A DNA stretch of 43,908 bases, filler included, from Jimgerdemannia flammicorona (GCA_003990765.1; 2 parts of 2 records of this genome joined end to end with filler, not necessarily neighbours in it); one strand, 5' to 3'; counted from the whole stretch's first letter, positions 1 to 12,005 are shown. Program-made: numbers and translations. The notes: generated from the sequence alone by a model not told the origin.

Positions 1-248
1 GCCTTCCCCAGGCCCAGCCAACTATCCAGCCCAGAAGCCATCGCCCCCATCCTGACCTTGTCAGCAAAGGTCGTCCTCTCCCCTCCTCTCTGCCTCAGAC
101 CTCCCCTTCCCCCGCCGCTGGGGCCCCAGCTAGCCATCGAGGCCCCTGGCATCCCCAAACCATCTCCCCTCCTCCCCACCTGCTGCCAGCCAAAGGCGCC
201 ACCACCTCCCTGGCCAGTACGCTCACCAGATCGATCGTTGCCATCCAT
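1..248 (-). CDS. LINE ORF1 N-terminus (partial, open to window edge)
   Basis: ATG at 248 gives MDGNDRSGERTGQGGGGAFGWQQVGRR...TFADKVRMGAMASGLDSWLGLGK with no stop. Matches the ORF1 starts of other copies (AFDWQHVGRG, SFVEIVKG...ASGLEGWL). Confidence 0.8.
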   Translation of the reverse strand, partial: MDGNDRSGERTGQGGGGAFGWQQVGRRGDGLGMPGASMASWGPSGGGRGGLRQRGGERTTFADKVRMGAMASGLDSWLGLGK

Positions 249-329
249 GTTGTTAGTCGCTGGACACCAAAAACGTTGTAGAAAGTGTTGTCTGAGTCTT
301 GTGTAACCTGAATGTTACCGGAGAAAGCC
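1..329 (-). mobile_element. LINE-0: 5' end of a young L1/Tx1-like LINE (family I), running off the window
   Basis: Minus strand starts with the family 5' motif TTTCTCCGGTAACATTCAGGTTACACA. CpGs are retained. It interrupts gypsy-1 pol at about 330. Confidence 0.85.
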
Positions 330-689
330 ATCCAATAAGTTTAGTTTATAAACTTCTCTATAAGTTCAGTTGAGAAAAGGCACCAGATGTCCTATGATGG
401 TTCCTTTTGGCAAGATAATGGTTTCCCAACTTTGGTTGGTTTCTTGGGAGTGTACTGGATTCATCTTGTCAGAGAATATATGTCCCTCTATGTCCAGGTG
501 GGGAATATCTTCCTTGGGTTCAAAGAAAAGGTTTCTGGGGTCGGGTGGTGTAAAGATTTTGAAGGCTGTTTGTTCTCCAGATTCTAGGATGAGATTCTTA
601 TGCAGTTTGACTGGTTGGCAGTACACCTGTTGGGGGGTGTTCCTTTTGAGGTAGTTCACTTGAAGGAGATATACTTCCTTCTTATCTGA

Positions 690-1095
690 AATTCCAAATC
701 CTTTTGCTTGTCTTGTCCCTTCAGTCAACTTGGAGACTTCTTGTAATTGTGGGGTCCTGACCTTTATGAAGACTGCTTGGGCAATCTTCTGTCCTCTAAT
801 GATTTGGTGCCATTCTGTGCTACTGTTGTGTAGAATGATCTTAATTTCACCTATATATCCTGAGTCAATGGTTCCTCCTTCTACAGTTATTCCTTATCCA
901 GCAAGTCCAGACCTTGAGATCAGTTGGATATAGACTCCATGGGGTAGCTGTATGGCTAATCCAGTTCTGATCATGAAGGTTTTTACAGGCTTGATGGATT
1001 CATCCTCCAGACTGTGAAGATCATACCCTACATCCTCTGGGTGGGCTTTGGTCAGGGGTTTGGCTTTGGGATGCAGCAGGACATACTTGACAATA
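690..1095 (-). pseudogene. dUTPase domain of gypsy-1 pol
   Basis: All five trimeric dUTPase motifs are readable: DVGYDL, SRSGLA, GGTIDSGYIGEI, GQKIAQ, RQAKGFG. One in-frame TAA. Confidence 0.9.
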
Positions 1096-2399
1096 TCCTT
1101 GCTGAGTTCCAGCTGACCTAAGACTGAAGTGCCACTAGCAGAAAGCCTCCAGGGTCTGAGGTTGAGGTGTGGCCATCTGGCTCCAGTAGAGGGGTCTCAG
1201 AGATAGTTAATTCCAATTCTTCCTATAGAGTATGAGGCTTCCATGAAGTTGGTAGCATCTTCTACCCATCCTTGGTGGGTTGCATGTCTGATGAGAGCTA
1301 GAATGTCTTCTCCTAAATCATAGATCTTGAGGGTCCTTCTTCCTGGTTTTTTGGTCTAGCTTTTTCAGATCTGGCTTTTTCTGATCTGGCTTTAGTTATC
1401 TCCTCTCTTCAGAGTGTGGATAGCAATATCATGACTGAGATGGATCTTCTGATGCCTGCAGTCTCAGAAATCTGGGTGTCTTTTATAGTTGCAATATCTC
1501 ATTGCTCAGAAATGATATTCCTGATTGTTGATTTCTTGTTGTTTTCCGATCTTGGTTATAAGTTGGTAGAAGAGTAGATAAGGGATATACTTCTGTTTGG
1601 GTAAAGAGGCCCTGTCCTCTGAAATGTCTTTACAACTTGGTGGTAACTTCTTGGAAGATAGTTGACTGTGCAACTATGTTTGGGAGTTCTGGTCTCTAGG
1701 GTCTCTGTCTCTCCTGTTGGTTTAGTAAATGGCACTGATAGCAGTAGTCTCAGGAAGAGTGGAAGACCATTTGGTGTGAACATCTTCCTAGCCAAAAAGC
1801 CTTTTCTTGGCGAGTTTCTTTCTTAGGAATAATGGTGATTATACTGGGTCCTTCTTTTATATTCCAAGGATCATTGTCTTCAGGTGGTGTCCAGTGAGGG
1901 TCATCTCAGAGAATGAGTTTGGAGACCTCTTCTTCTTCAGGTGCTTCTTGTTCAGGAACTTTTTGGTCAGAAGTTTCTCCTTCCTCAGATGATTCTTGAC
2001 TCCAAATTGCTTATACTTCTGTAGCTTCAGTTGCAGGTGTTTCTGGAACATGTCTATATTTCTTCTTCTTATTTCTGCACTCTGGGCAGGCTATGCCAGG
2101 TGATTTTCTTGTTCCCATGATCTTGGAGGAATGCTCAGGATACTTGTATCTCTTGAGACAGGTAGGGCATCCTTTGATTTCTCCTACAATAGCTCCAATG
2201 GTAATAGGGATGGTGTTCTTGGCCCACATATTGTCTTCTGATCTGTCATCTACCAGGTTAATTCAGGGATTGAGTCTGGGATCATTTCCATCTTTGGATT
2301 TCTCCTCTTCTTCTGTGGTAGATTTTTCACTATCAGCATATTCCTCCTAAATAGTGACCTTCTTCTTCTTCTTTAATTGCTCATAGCTGGTCACCTTAA

Positions 2400-2740
2400 C
2401 TCTATACTTCTTGCCTCAGTAGTCAAACTTGAGTACTTGTTGGCCAATATCAACAACTGTATTCATTTCCTTCATCCAGTTGGTGCCAAGAATCATGTCA
2501 TAGGTGACAGCTTCAGTAACAACAGCTTTTGGGATAGAGAACTGAATGTGTCCTAGAGAGATGGTGATATTTCATACTTCTCCAAGGGGTTGAGTTTGGG
2601 CTCCATCTGCTTCTATGATGCTGAGGTTGGATGGTCCATCAATGGGCCATTGGAGGGTGTCCAGGAGTCATTTGGCAATGACACAGATAGCTGCTCCTAT
2701 ATCTATGAGGATTTTCGTCTTTTGTCCTCCAATATCTCTA
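2400..2740 (-). pseudogene. Retroviral-type aspartic protease of gypsy-1
   Basis: KTKILIDIGAAICVI (D-T-G decayed to D-I-G), IEADGAQTQPLGEV, YDMILGTNWM. Confidence 0.8.
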
Positions 2741-3299
2741 TATAGGTAGGTGCTGACATATCTTTCAGCTGCTTGGACAGAGATGGGAGCTGGTTCTTGC
2801 TGTGGGATTGGGATCCAGCCAGTACTAGACCTGGTTGTTCTCAAAAATTTGTTTCGAACTCCAGCTGGTATCAGTTGCAGGAACTGCAAAAGAGGGACTT
2901 CCATCTTGACCTCTTTAATCTTCTGCCAGGCTCCATTGTAGATGTCTCTAGGCATGGTCTTCAGGGTATACTTCTTCTTGGGCTTTGAAACAGCAGGTTC
3001 CTATTCTTTTTGTTCCATTTCTTCATCCTCTAGTGGTAGCTCATTTGTCTTAGAGATAAAAGGTGAGGGGTTTTGAGGAGGTATTTCTATCTGCCCCTCT
3101 TTATGTTTCTAATCTTCTTCTTGGAAGATTCTTCTGCTGATGTTCCAGGATGGCCTTTCTACAGGTCTTTTCCTCTTCTCTGCTGGGTAAACTGTTTTTC
3201 AGATAGTAATCTTGGTAGGGTACAAGTCTAGGTCACTGTAGTCTTCACTGTTGCTTGCTTCCTCGAAATCTTCAACAGAATGAGCTTCAGTCTTCTTGT

Positions 3300-4432
3300 A
3301 CTGAGTGTCATTTCTTTGGTTTGGTGGTTCTGATTCCCTTCAGTCACTTCTTTTGTTGTCACATTTAGTGGCACAGTGTCTGAATTGTCCACAGTGGAAG
3401 CATTGGACTTGAGCTCTGTTTCAGGCAGGATATCTTCTTTCTTCTTACTGATAATTCCTATTATCTCTTGGTAGATAACCTTGGCTCCTCTGTGGTGGGT
3501 ATTCTCTGTTGTCTTGGTAGCTCCAATTTTTGCATGTGGTGAGTTTTTAAATCTGTCCAACCAATCAGTCCAACTTAGAGCTGAGGTCTTGGATTTTGCT
3601 TCTGTCCTTCTTTCCTTCCTTGGGTGGCCTTCTTTCTTTGGATCTTTCTTGTCCTTGAAGGAGTCTTTATAGAGCTTTGATCAGGATATCTTCTTTATCT
3701 TCTTTCTTATCATGATCACTCCAGGTAGTTCCTTGTCTGATATTGAAGAATTCTTAGGCTGCATCTACATATCTGCTCTTCAGATCTTCTGATGTCTAGG
3801 GTGCAGACATGCTGGACAATGTTTGGGGGAATTCCATTTATGAAGGTCATTGGACCTATGATGTCCTGGTTGGTGGCATTGAACTCAGCAGCATATATTC
3901 TCTTCTGGATTCTTGTGAAGAAGGCTCTGGGTAATTCTCTAAGATTCATCTTCATTCCTATGATGGATTCTTGAGCCTTGTAGCAGGTTTCATTTCCTGC
4001 ATACTTTTCAATGAGCCAGTAGACCATGGCCACATATTCTAGCTCATAAGACATTGCTGCTTGTATCTGTCTTGCCAATTCTGAATCAGAGTTATCTGCT
4101 ATTCAGTGGAAAATTCCTCTGGCTGGTTCTCTGAGCTGAGCCTTGTAGATGGCAATTTTTCTTTCATCTAAGAGATTTCTCAGGGCTGCAATTCCTTCAA
4201 TTCCATCAAGGAATTCTCTGGGGTCTTCCTCTGGGTATTCTGCAAAGATTGGCAATGAGGTGGCCATTTTGTTGTCACTTTCTTCTGATTCTAGTTTGGG
4301 TCCAGATTCCAATTCTGATTCACTTTCTGAGCTGTCACTAGAGATGGGGGTGGTTGGGTATTCTGAGGATAGTGTTCTGGACCTTGGATGAAGTAGAATG
4401 AGTCTAGGTATTCTTGTAGGAACTATTTCCAA
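3300..4432 (-). pseudogene. Gag of gypsy-1 with CCHC zinc knuckle
   Basis: ORF fragments 4103-4432 and 3716-4078 are capsid-like (ending TFINGIP). CFHCGQFRHCATKC (CX2CX4HX4C) at about 3361-3402. Confidence 0.8.
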
Positions 4433-4805
4433 CTCTGTAAGGGGTTGTGGTAAAGGTTCTATTAGTGAGATTGATGGGACTGATATGGGGTGTCTGGCTG
4501 TAAGATCTCAGGCTTGTGTAATAAGATCTTCTAGTTTTTGTACAAGCTCTTCAAAACCTCCAACAGGGCTGCCTGTGTTGTCTGGTTGGTCTAGTTGGGG
4601 ATTTCAAGCTGTACTGCCTTCTGGTTCTAGTTGAGATCCTTCTGATACTGGGTAGTTGACAAGTCTTGATGTGATTACTTCTCATCTTGTCCAGATACTG
4701 GTGATTACTGGTTCTTCTATAGTGGCAGAGATCGGTGTTGTATCAAATGTATCCAGTTTGACTGTGGGTTCTTATGAGCTGAAAAGTTACATTGATTTTG
4801 AAATC

Positions 4806-4823
4806 TTCCCAGTAGAGTCCCCA
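4806..4823 (-). promoter_or_regulatory. Putative primer-binding site (tRNA-Pro-like) of gypsy-1
   Basis: TGGGGACTCTACTGGGA matches the canonical tRNA-Pro PBS TGGGGGCTCGTCCGGGA at 13/17 positions. It lies 7 nt after a CA end and upstream of gag. Confidence 0.55.
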
Positions 4824-5389
4824 AATATAATGTGCCTGGCTCAATGGAGGCAAATTACAAGATTGGGGGTTGATATAGTTTAGCTTGAGCCCTCAGTTAC
4901 TTTGTCAAAAAGCAACAAAATATTCTAAGCTTCCTCAGGTTCTTGGTGTTTAGTGGTATAATAGTCAAAAGCTGGATATCTGTAAGTGATTTGTATGTCG
5001 ATTTCCTAATTAGGATAGTTCTCTTAGTGTAGTAGCAATTTGTGTGAATGGACTTCCTTCTTGGGTCAATCTGGGAATTGGTAGAATTTCGTATGTAGTG
5101 TAACAATCTTGGTGTAAGATGATCTTATATAGTATGGGTTCTTTATGTATAATGGTCTGGCAATTTTGCAGTTCTTCTTATGTGATTTCTGTATGACAAT
5201 CTTGGTGTGATGATCTCTGTATAGTGCAATTCTGGAAGATGACTCAGTTTGATATAGCTTCTTCTGAATTGGCTTACTGGGAATAACAGATAACTTGGCA
5301 GTAGATAACTCAGATTTCTCAGATAACTCAGATGTTGCAGATTCTTCCTAAATTGGTGGCTCTCTGGGAAATAACTTAGATTGCATAGA

Positions 5390-5420
<31 letters not shown>

Positions 5421-5489
5421 TAGTCACTTGGACTCCCTTCCTTTATTAATACCCATCTATTCCATATAATTACAATGATCCCACCCCCT

Positions 5490-8400
5490 ATCCAATCCCC
5501 CTTGGGGGGCTCTCCTCCCCTACCCCTTCCCTGTGAAAGACCACTTTGTTGAACACTATCCCTACCCTCCTACCACTCTGCTCACAGATCTTCATCACCA
5601 AACTGCGACGTCATCCTCCCTGAGGACCCCAACCCACCCACCATCCGGTCAGCAGATCCCCCACCAGCTCCTCCCACCTCAATACCTTCTCATGCAGTCC
5701 CAACCACTGTCCCTCCTCAAATACAAAAAGCCAAAGGCCTGTCAGTCCCACCTATACTGCTAACACCCATCCTACAGTGAGCCAACTATCCCCCACCCCA
5801 CCTACAAGCTGAGATCTTAAGTCCTCCCAGCGACCCCCCTCCCCCACCTGCCAATACCCCATACCCAGTCTATCTCCAATCTCAGCCCAAAATGTCCCCA
5901 AGACCTCACACTCCCCCAGCCAATGTTCCGGCGTCTGTACATGACCCCCAGCCTGCCCAACATCATAACACTCCTCACAGTCAAATTGTCTGCCCTCTAC
6001 CAAATGTCCTGAGCAGAAATTCAGCATGACATTCCTCCTCAACATTCACCACCATACCACCCAGAACTTGGAAGGAAGCCATCTCCATATCTCAGCACTC
6101 TAAGACCAGATGCCTGCCCAGTCCCACTCCTCTCCAATTCCAACTGCCTGCCAGCTACTCAGCCAAAGGTCCTGGCCAAGCCCCCACTGATACTCCACTC
6201 TCTCCCCAATATTGAACGCAGCCAGTGGAGTACCCCCCAGGAGCAGTCCATCCCAATGCCACATATTAGGCCCCCATGCCACCTCCCCCTCATTACCCTG
6301 CCATCACAGGCCAATTCGGTGTGCTCCATCGGCCACTCCCCACCAGAAGCCCTTGAACCACAGTCTCTGAACACCATTCAGCCCCACCAAAGAGAGCAGA
6401 TCTCCAGAGGACCCTCGGGGGGATGTTTGCATCTCCCATATTTTCTGCAGCAGAGGCACCCAACCTCTGCCCTGCAATTCCACAGCTCTCTTCAACCACC
6501 AGGCTCTCAAACAGTGCAACCTCTTAGGGAAATCCACCAGGCCAAGACCTCCCCTGACTACCGGTCTCGCAAGAGTATCCCAACTGACCTGGGACCTCCT
6601 CCCCGCCCAAATCCAATCCCTAGCCACCTTTGTCAGCTTCTTCACCACCCACGCTGGGAAATCGAGGTGATATGCCACATACCACAGCTTTGGGAACCAA
6701 TATACATTCAGAACCGACACCCGCCCTGCTAGAGAGATATGGCAGCCTCCCCATCCTCGAAGGGCCTCCCCCCAACTATTCACCCTGCCCTCCCACCACA
6801 CTCATGGCAAGACAGAACCATATACAGAGAGAAAGATGTCCAGATACCACACCACCTCACCAGTAGGGACAATTGTTCCAATGACGTCTCCACCCACTAG
6901 CCCATTCTCTAGCACCATTGTCTCACACTTATGCCAGTTGAGTTTCACCCCCGAGTGAGCCTCATACCATTCCACAGTCTTCTGAAGTACCTCTACATCC
7001 ACCACAGACCCAAGTCCCACCACCATATCATCAGCAAAGGCCCCCACCTTCCACACTATACCATAAATAGAGAGCCCTGCTACCTTCCAGCGAATCCTAT
7101 CCATCAACGGCTCCAGTGATAGGGCATAGAGAATCGGGGATAGAGGGTCCCCCTGAGGTACCCCTCTTCCCAAGGGAAATGCTCTCCCATGGAGACCATT
7201 ACATGTCAGAGCTGCCCGACTACTTTCCAGCAGACATAACATAGAGGCCCTAAATGTTGGGGGGACACCAATCTGGTCCAACACCTTCCCCAGCCACACC
7301 CACTGTACATAGTCATAGGCCTTCTCCTGGTCCAGAAAGACCAACCTTCCATCCAGTCTACAGGCCCGGGCTCCTTCAATAATGCCATGAACCCATGCAG
7401 TCCCATCTCTTATTAACCTGCCCCCAACAAAGCCCCTCTGCTCCTCCCCTAGCACCTGTTGGGCAACATTCTGCAGCCTTGCGACAATCACCTTAGTCAC
7501 CATCTTCCTGTCCATATCTAGAAGCATGATCGGCCTCCAGTTCTTCCAGTCTTCCCTCCTTCCCTTGTCTTTGTACAGTAAGGCCACCAGCCCCAGATCC
7601 TGCTCTCCAACCCACTCACCACTCCGAAGGACATGGTTACAAAGATCAGCCATCTCAGCCAACACTCCGGGGACATCTACTATCTTTTTCCAGAAGTTCC
7701 AAGGCAATCCATCCTCTCCTGGTGCCGTCCCAAGCTTAGTTGCTGCCAGGACACTCTGGATCTCTTCCCCCTGCACCGATAAGATCAAGTCCTGCAGTCC
7801 AGCAACCTGCAGTAGCCCCCACTCATCTAGTGTATTCACAATCTCAGCCTCATCTGCACCCCCTTCTCCCTCACTCCACAAATCCTGCCATCTCTCCTTC
7901 AAGACCCCCAGGATTTGTTGCATGCCATGAACCATGTTCCCATCAGCATCCAAGACCCCATCCCACTGATGACGCACTCTCCTAGCTTTCAGAAGTCTCG
8001 ATAAGTACCTAGTAGGCCACTCACCCTCCTCAAGTTCCTGCACCCACAGCCTAGCAGCCATGCCCTGCATATGGATCTCCTCCTCTCTCCTCAGCACCTG
8101 TTGTAGTTCCACTATCTCCAATTTCGCCCTTTCTATCCTCCAATCCTCCACCCCTACAACAGTGAGCAAATCCGCTCAATCCATTTGTAGCCTCCTCAGC
8201 CTGCTGGAAGCACACCTTGTGTGCCTCCTTCTCTGCCTCCCAGCCTCTCTACCCATCTCTCCCCAATAAACTCTTGCAGCCTCTTTCAACCTCATCCAGC
8301 GGACAGCCACAGGCAAACCCTCATGCTTCCAGATAAAAACTTTTGCCTGAATGTCCTCCACCCAATGGTCCCACAGTCCCTTCTCAGCCAGCAGGAAGGA

Positions 8401-9146
8401 GTTAAGGCACTAATGTCCGAGTCTATCTCCACTCCCCCCAAACTGCCCCTGCCCCAACAGTCCCCAGTGATTAGACCATGGGCACCACTCTACTTCTAAT
8501 GCCTTCCAAACATCCGAACCCCAGCACTCTGCTGTCAGAATCCAGTCAATTCTTGTGCCCAGGCCATTCACCCAATACGTGAAACCCTGGTGTCACCCCA
8601 CCTTGTTCTGCCCATATCCCCCAAGGAGCTCAATGTCTCCACCTCCTCCCATACATCCAGACCTCCACTTCTACCCCCGGCACTCCTCTCTCCATCAGTT
8701 CTGTCCAGACGCTGATCCCAAACCATATTAAAGTCCCCATCGAGAATATCTACCCCTTCCTCCAAGAGAGTACCCTCCTCCAGCAATCCCCTAATCCATG
8801 CAATCCACTCACCCCTAGCCGCAGGGCAGTAGCAAGAGCCCACCTTCACCGATTCCCACCCTGGCCAATGCCAATCTCCTCAGACCAAGTGATTGCCCCA
8901 GCTCCTGATTCCCCCCAAGTCTTCTCTGCCCTTCCTTACCAGAATTGCTACCTTTCCAAACCAAGCAGCAGCCCCCCCCCACTCCCTAGTCCACTCTGCC
9001 CAATCATCCTCATCCTCATATCAAACATCCTGCAATAAAAAGTGATCAGCCTCCAATCCCTTGAGCCAAGTAAAAATGTTCCTATGCCGCCCAGATCCCC
9101 TTAGCCCATTCACATTCAAGGAAAAAATGATGGTGGTACTGTTCAT
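5490..9146 (-). pseudogene. LINE-A ORF2 (APE endonuclease - RT - C-terminal CCHC), disrupted
   Basis: MNSTTIIFSLNVNGLR, LQDV, YCP, GDFN, RIDWIL. RT motifs APGEDG, NWRPI, DQEKAYD, GVPQGDPLSP, FADD, YL. Ends CEEC...QTPEHWLGEC. Several stops and frameshifts. Confidence 0.92.
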
Positions 9147-9178
9147 AAAGAATTATGATATATATCAGAGCCCATCCT

Positions 9179-11215
9179 CTATAAGTCAGCATCCTGCCTC
9201 TCCTGCGCTAAGTCCAAGTTAAGTTCAGCAGCCAGTTCCCTCTCCCCAGCTTTCCATGCCTCCAACTCTCCCAGAAGTTCTACCATTGCCCCATCCTCAT
9301 GCTCCTCAAAATCCTCGTGATACTCCAGACATGCCTCCCACCAGAGCTGCAGACCCCGACACTCTGCCCAACAGTAGGCTGCCCGCTCAGCAGCGACCAC
9401 CCCCAGCTCTGCCTTCCTCACCTCGTCAACCTCATATGTATCCCTCCTCCTCCAGCAAAATTGCCAGAATCTCCACCTTCAGTGCCTCCACCATTCCATC
9501 CCCATGCAGGATCCTTGCCCAATGCTCCTCAGGCATTGCCCGCAGATCTACCTCCCCCAATGCTTCTGCTGCGAGGTTGTCCATCACCTTGCATACCCAC
9601 AACAAGTTCCCCACCTCCTTTCCTCCTGGAGTCCCCAGTCGCCCTGCATCCAACATCGTAGTATCAGCTCCTATACTAGCAGCCTCATCCCACTCCTCCT
9701 CAGGGACATCCACTAGCTCATCCTCGCCAACTGCTACCACCTGACCCCCTTGAGCTACATCAGATACCCCAAAGCACACCTGCTGGGCCCCCTGCATCTG
9801 TGTATCCTCCGTCCTCTCTCTCATCCCCACTGGGCCCCTTCTGATAAGTGGGGGGGGGGTGGCATCCAACTCCAGCTCCCACACTTCAAAGGTACCATTA
9901 GCAAATGGGTCCTTGACCAGCCCCTCCCCAGCCTCTGCCTCCTTTGCTTCCACCTCCTCTCCTCCTTTACCAGCCCAAACACTGGCCTCAGTGCCTCCAG
10001 ACTCCTCAGCTTCACCTGACTGCTTCTTCCCCCCACCTGTCACACCCGCCAACAGCTCCTTCTGCCTCTTGCATCCCTGGATCCACTCCCACTGCTTCTT
10101 ATCCATACAGATACACCTCCCGCCCACAACCTCCAGATGCATCAATTCCTCAAACAGTTTCCAGGCCTTCGCCCTCCTCTCCACAGCATCACCCAACTCC
10201 TCCAGCACCTACAACAAGTCCTCCTCCTCCTCTTCACTCCCCTTCACCCTTGACACCTTGCAGATGACGGCCCCCCACATCAGCACTGAGGGCCAGTCAC
10301 TCGTCTTCTCTGTGGCCTCTTTCCCTGCCAACCGAATCCTGACATCGATATTGCCCATCCTGATAGTTGTCCCCTCTCACAACTGAAATCCAATGTCCAC
10401 CATGTCACCATACTCAACCATCACCTCCTCCACCCTCCTCCTAGTCTCCTCCTTAGTCACCATGGGCACCCCCCTCACCAGAAGCTGCATGACCCTGGGG
10501 TCCCACCTCAAGCACCTAACCATGGGGACCACCACCTCCCCAACCATCACTTCTGTCATCATGGCCTCATCCAGTAGGCCTGCCTCCTCAAAGCCCACCT
10601 CAACCCCCTCCATACCCTTCAGGAACTTCACCAAGGCCGCACCAGCCACCTGCCTTGAGATAAGCCCCAGGACCATCCTCGCTGTCACTGCCAAGCCCCA
10701 GAAGCACAAGGTAGCCATGAACTCCGAGATTGACTTCTTGAGCAATGGGGCCACCGCCAGTCCCATTATACCATCAGCCAGGTCCCCCTTCTGCATCGGG
10801 AGCCCCTGCCCCCCCTGGCCATCAGCTGTCACATCTCTTTTTTTTTCCTGATTCACCATCACACTACCATCAGCAGTCCCGCCACTACCCCCAGCCACTA
10901 CTCCACTCCCTCCACCCCCACCAGTGCAGGCCCAGCTCCCCCAGCATCGCCAGCCTTCTGCTTCCCCTTTCCTCCTGCCTGTCTACTGTGAGCACTCCTT
11001 GGCCAGCCCCCAGCCTTAAGTACATCTGCAAAGCTCCCTCCCTGCTACCCTCCAGCCCCCCCACCAGTGCTTCCTCCACCTCCCGAGCTACCCAGTCCAC
11101 TCAATCCACCGAAAGACCCCATCCCCAGTCCATACCCTCTCCCGACATGCTGCCAGTCGAAGGCCCCAGGTCCACCCAACCTAGGATGTGCATCAGCTCA
11201 CTTGCTGGTTGACAT
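9179..11215 (-). pseudogene. LINE-A ORF1, disrupted
   Basis: Fragments 10377-10898, 9432-10208 and 9179-9421 are collinear with the intact ORF1 at 16598 (RCLRWDPR motif). Confidence 0.85.
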
Positions 11216-11949
11216 CTCCTTAATATCTTTCTCCAATAAACGATTTGAAAGTGTGTTGTAAAGTGTGTGTAATGTGAATTGTAGTGGAGAGAGATGCAAG
11301 GACACTCTGAGATTGCATAGATTCTTCTGAATTGGTGGCTTCACTTGGGAACACTACTTGGATGGTGTGGATTCTTCCTGAATCAGTGGGCTCTTCTGAG
11401 AATACAATGGTGCAGATTCTTCTGAATTAGTGGCTTCAACGGAGAAGTGCTGGCGGCTTCTTGGAAAGGGTCTCTTGGCAAAGTTGTATCAAAGACTGGC
11501 TTCATTTGTGTGAACAGATCACTGTGAAGTTGCATCAGGAACTGGCTTGTAGTAAGAAAGGTGGGTTCTCTGGAAATATAGTGAAATAACTCAAAAGGTA
11601 GCAAAGTTCTTCCTTGAACTTGGTGGCAAACTTCAGGCTTATCTGGCAAGCAAACCAATCAATCTTTATATTGGAAAGTAGACCAGAGTAGAAAAGGGAA
11701 CAATGCTCACAATCTCCTAGTAGTGGCTATAGAGCGGGCATTTCTCCTAAGTGTTGCAATTCTTCCTGGATCAAGTGGCTTTTGGCAGACATATCCCTCA
11801 AAGTATAATAGGCAGACTTGTCTTTTGCTTTGAATTTGGACTTTTCAGACTGAGGGTTATTCACTCTTATCTCTGGGGTATTTTATACATTGTGGTTGCT
11901 ATCTGGTTACTATGTGGCTAACTGTAGATTACTATCTATAGCAAGTGTA

Positions 11950-12005
11950 CAGTTCTTATACAGGTGTGTAGGTCTTATACAGGTGTATAGGTCTTACACA
12001 GATAT
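11950..12005. repeat. 19-bp tandem repeat (about 3 copies) in putative LTR U3
   Basis: GTCTTATACAGGTGT(G/A)TAG repeated. Confidence 0.75.

Larger units (their letters stand above)
5395..11309 (-). mobile_element. LINE-A: full-length L1/Tx1-like LINE (family I) with poly(A) tail and 17 bp TSD
   Basis: T27 at 5393-5419. AATAAA about 20 nt upstream of the tail. TSD AGATTGCATAGATTCTT at 5378-5394 and 11310-11326. ORF1 and ORF2 present. Confidence 0.95.

Noticed and set aside
330..4432. Endogenous retrovirus or caulimovirid (badnavirus-like Cys motifs plus dUTPase)
   Set aside because: No movement protein or env is visible, and the LTR/PBS and gag resemble LTR retrotransposons. RT is outside the window, so phylogenetic placement is untested.
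4831..5105. Short 275 bp LTR starting TGTTACA at 5105
   Set aside because: The junction overlaps a unit (ACAATCTTGGTGT) repeated at about 5196, and the 12127 start gives a better terminal inverted match. Not fully excluded.
9850..9859. G10/G11 homopolymer (also 26336-26346) as a regulatory slippage site
   Set aside because: It encodes a poly-Pro linker in ORF1 and is interrupted in copies D and E.
5250..11450. Spaced repeats as a CRISPR-like array
   Set aside because: Units are degenerate and irregularly spaced inside a eukaryotic LTR region, with no cas genes.
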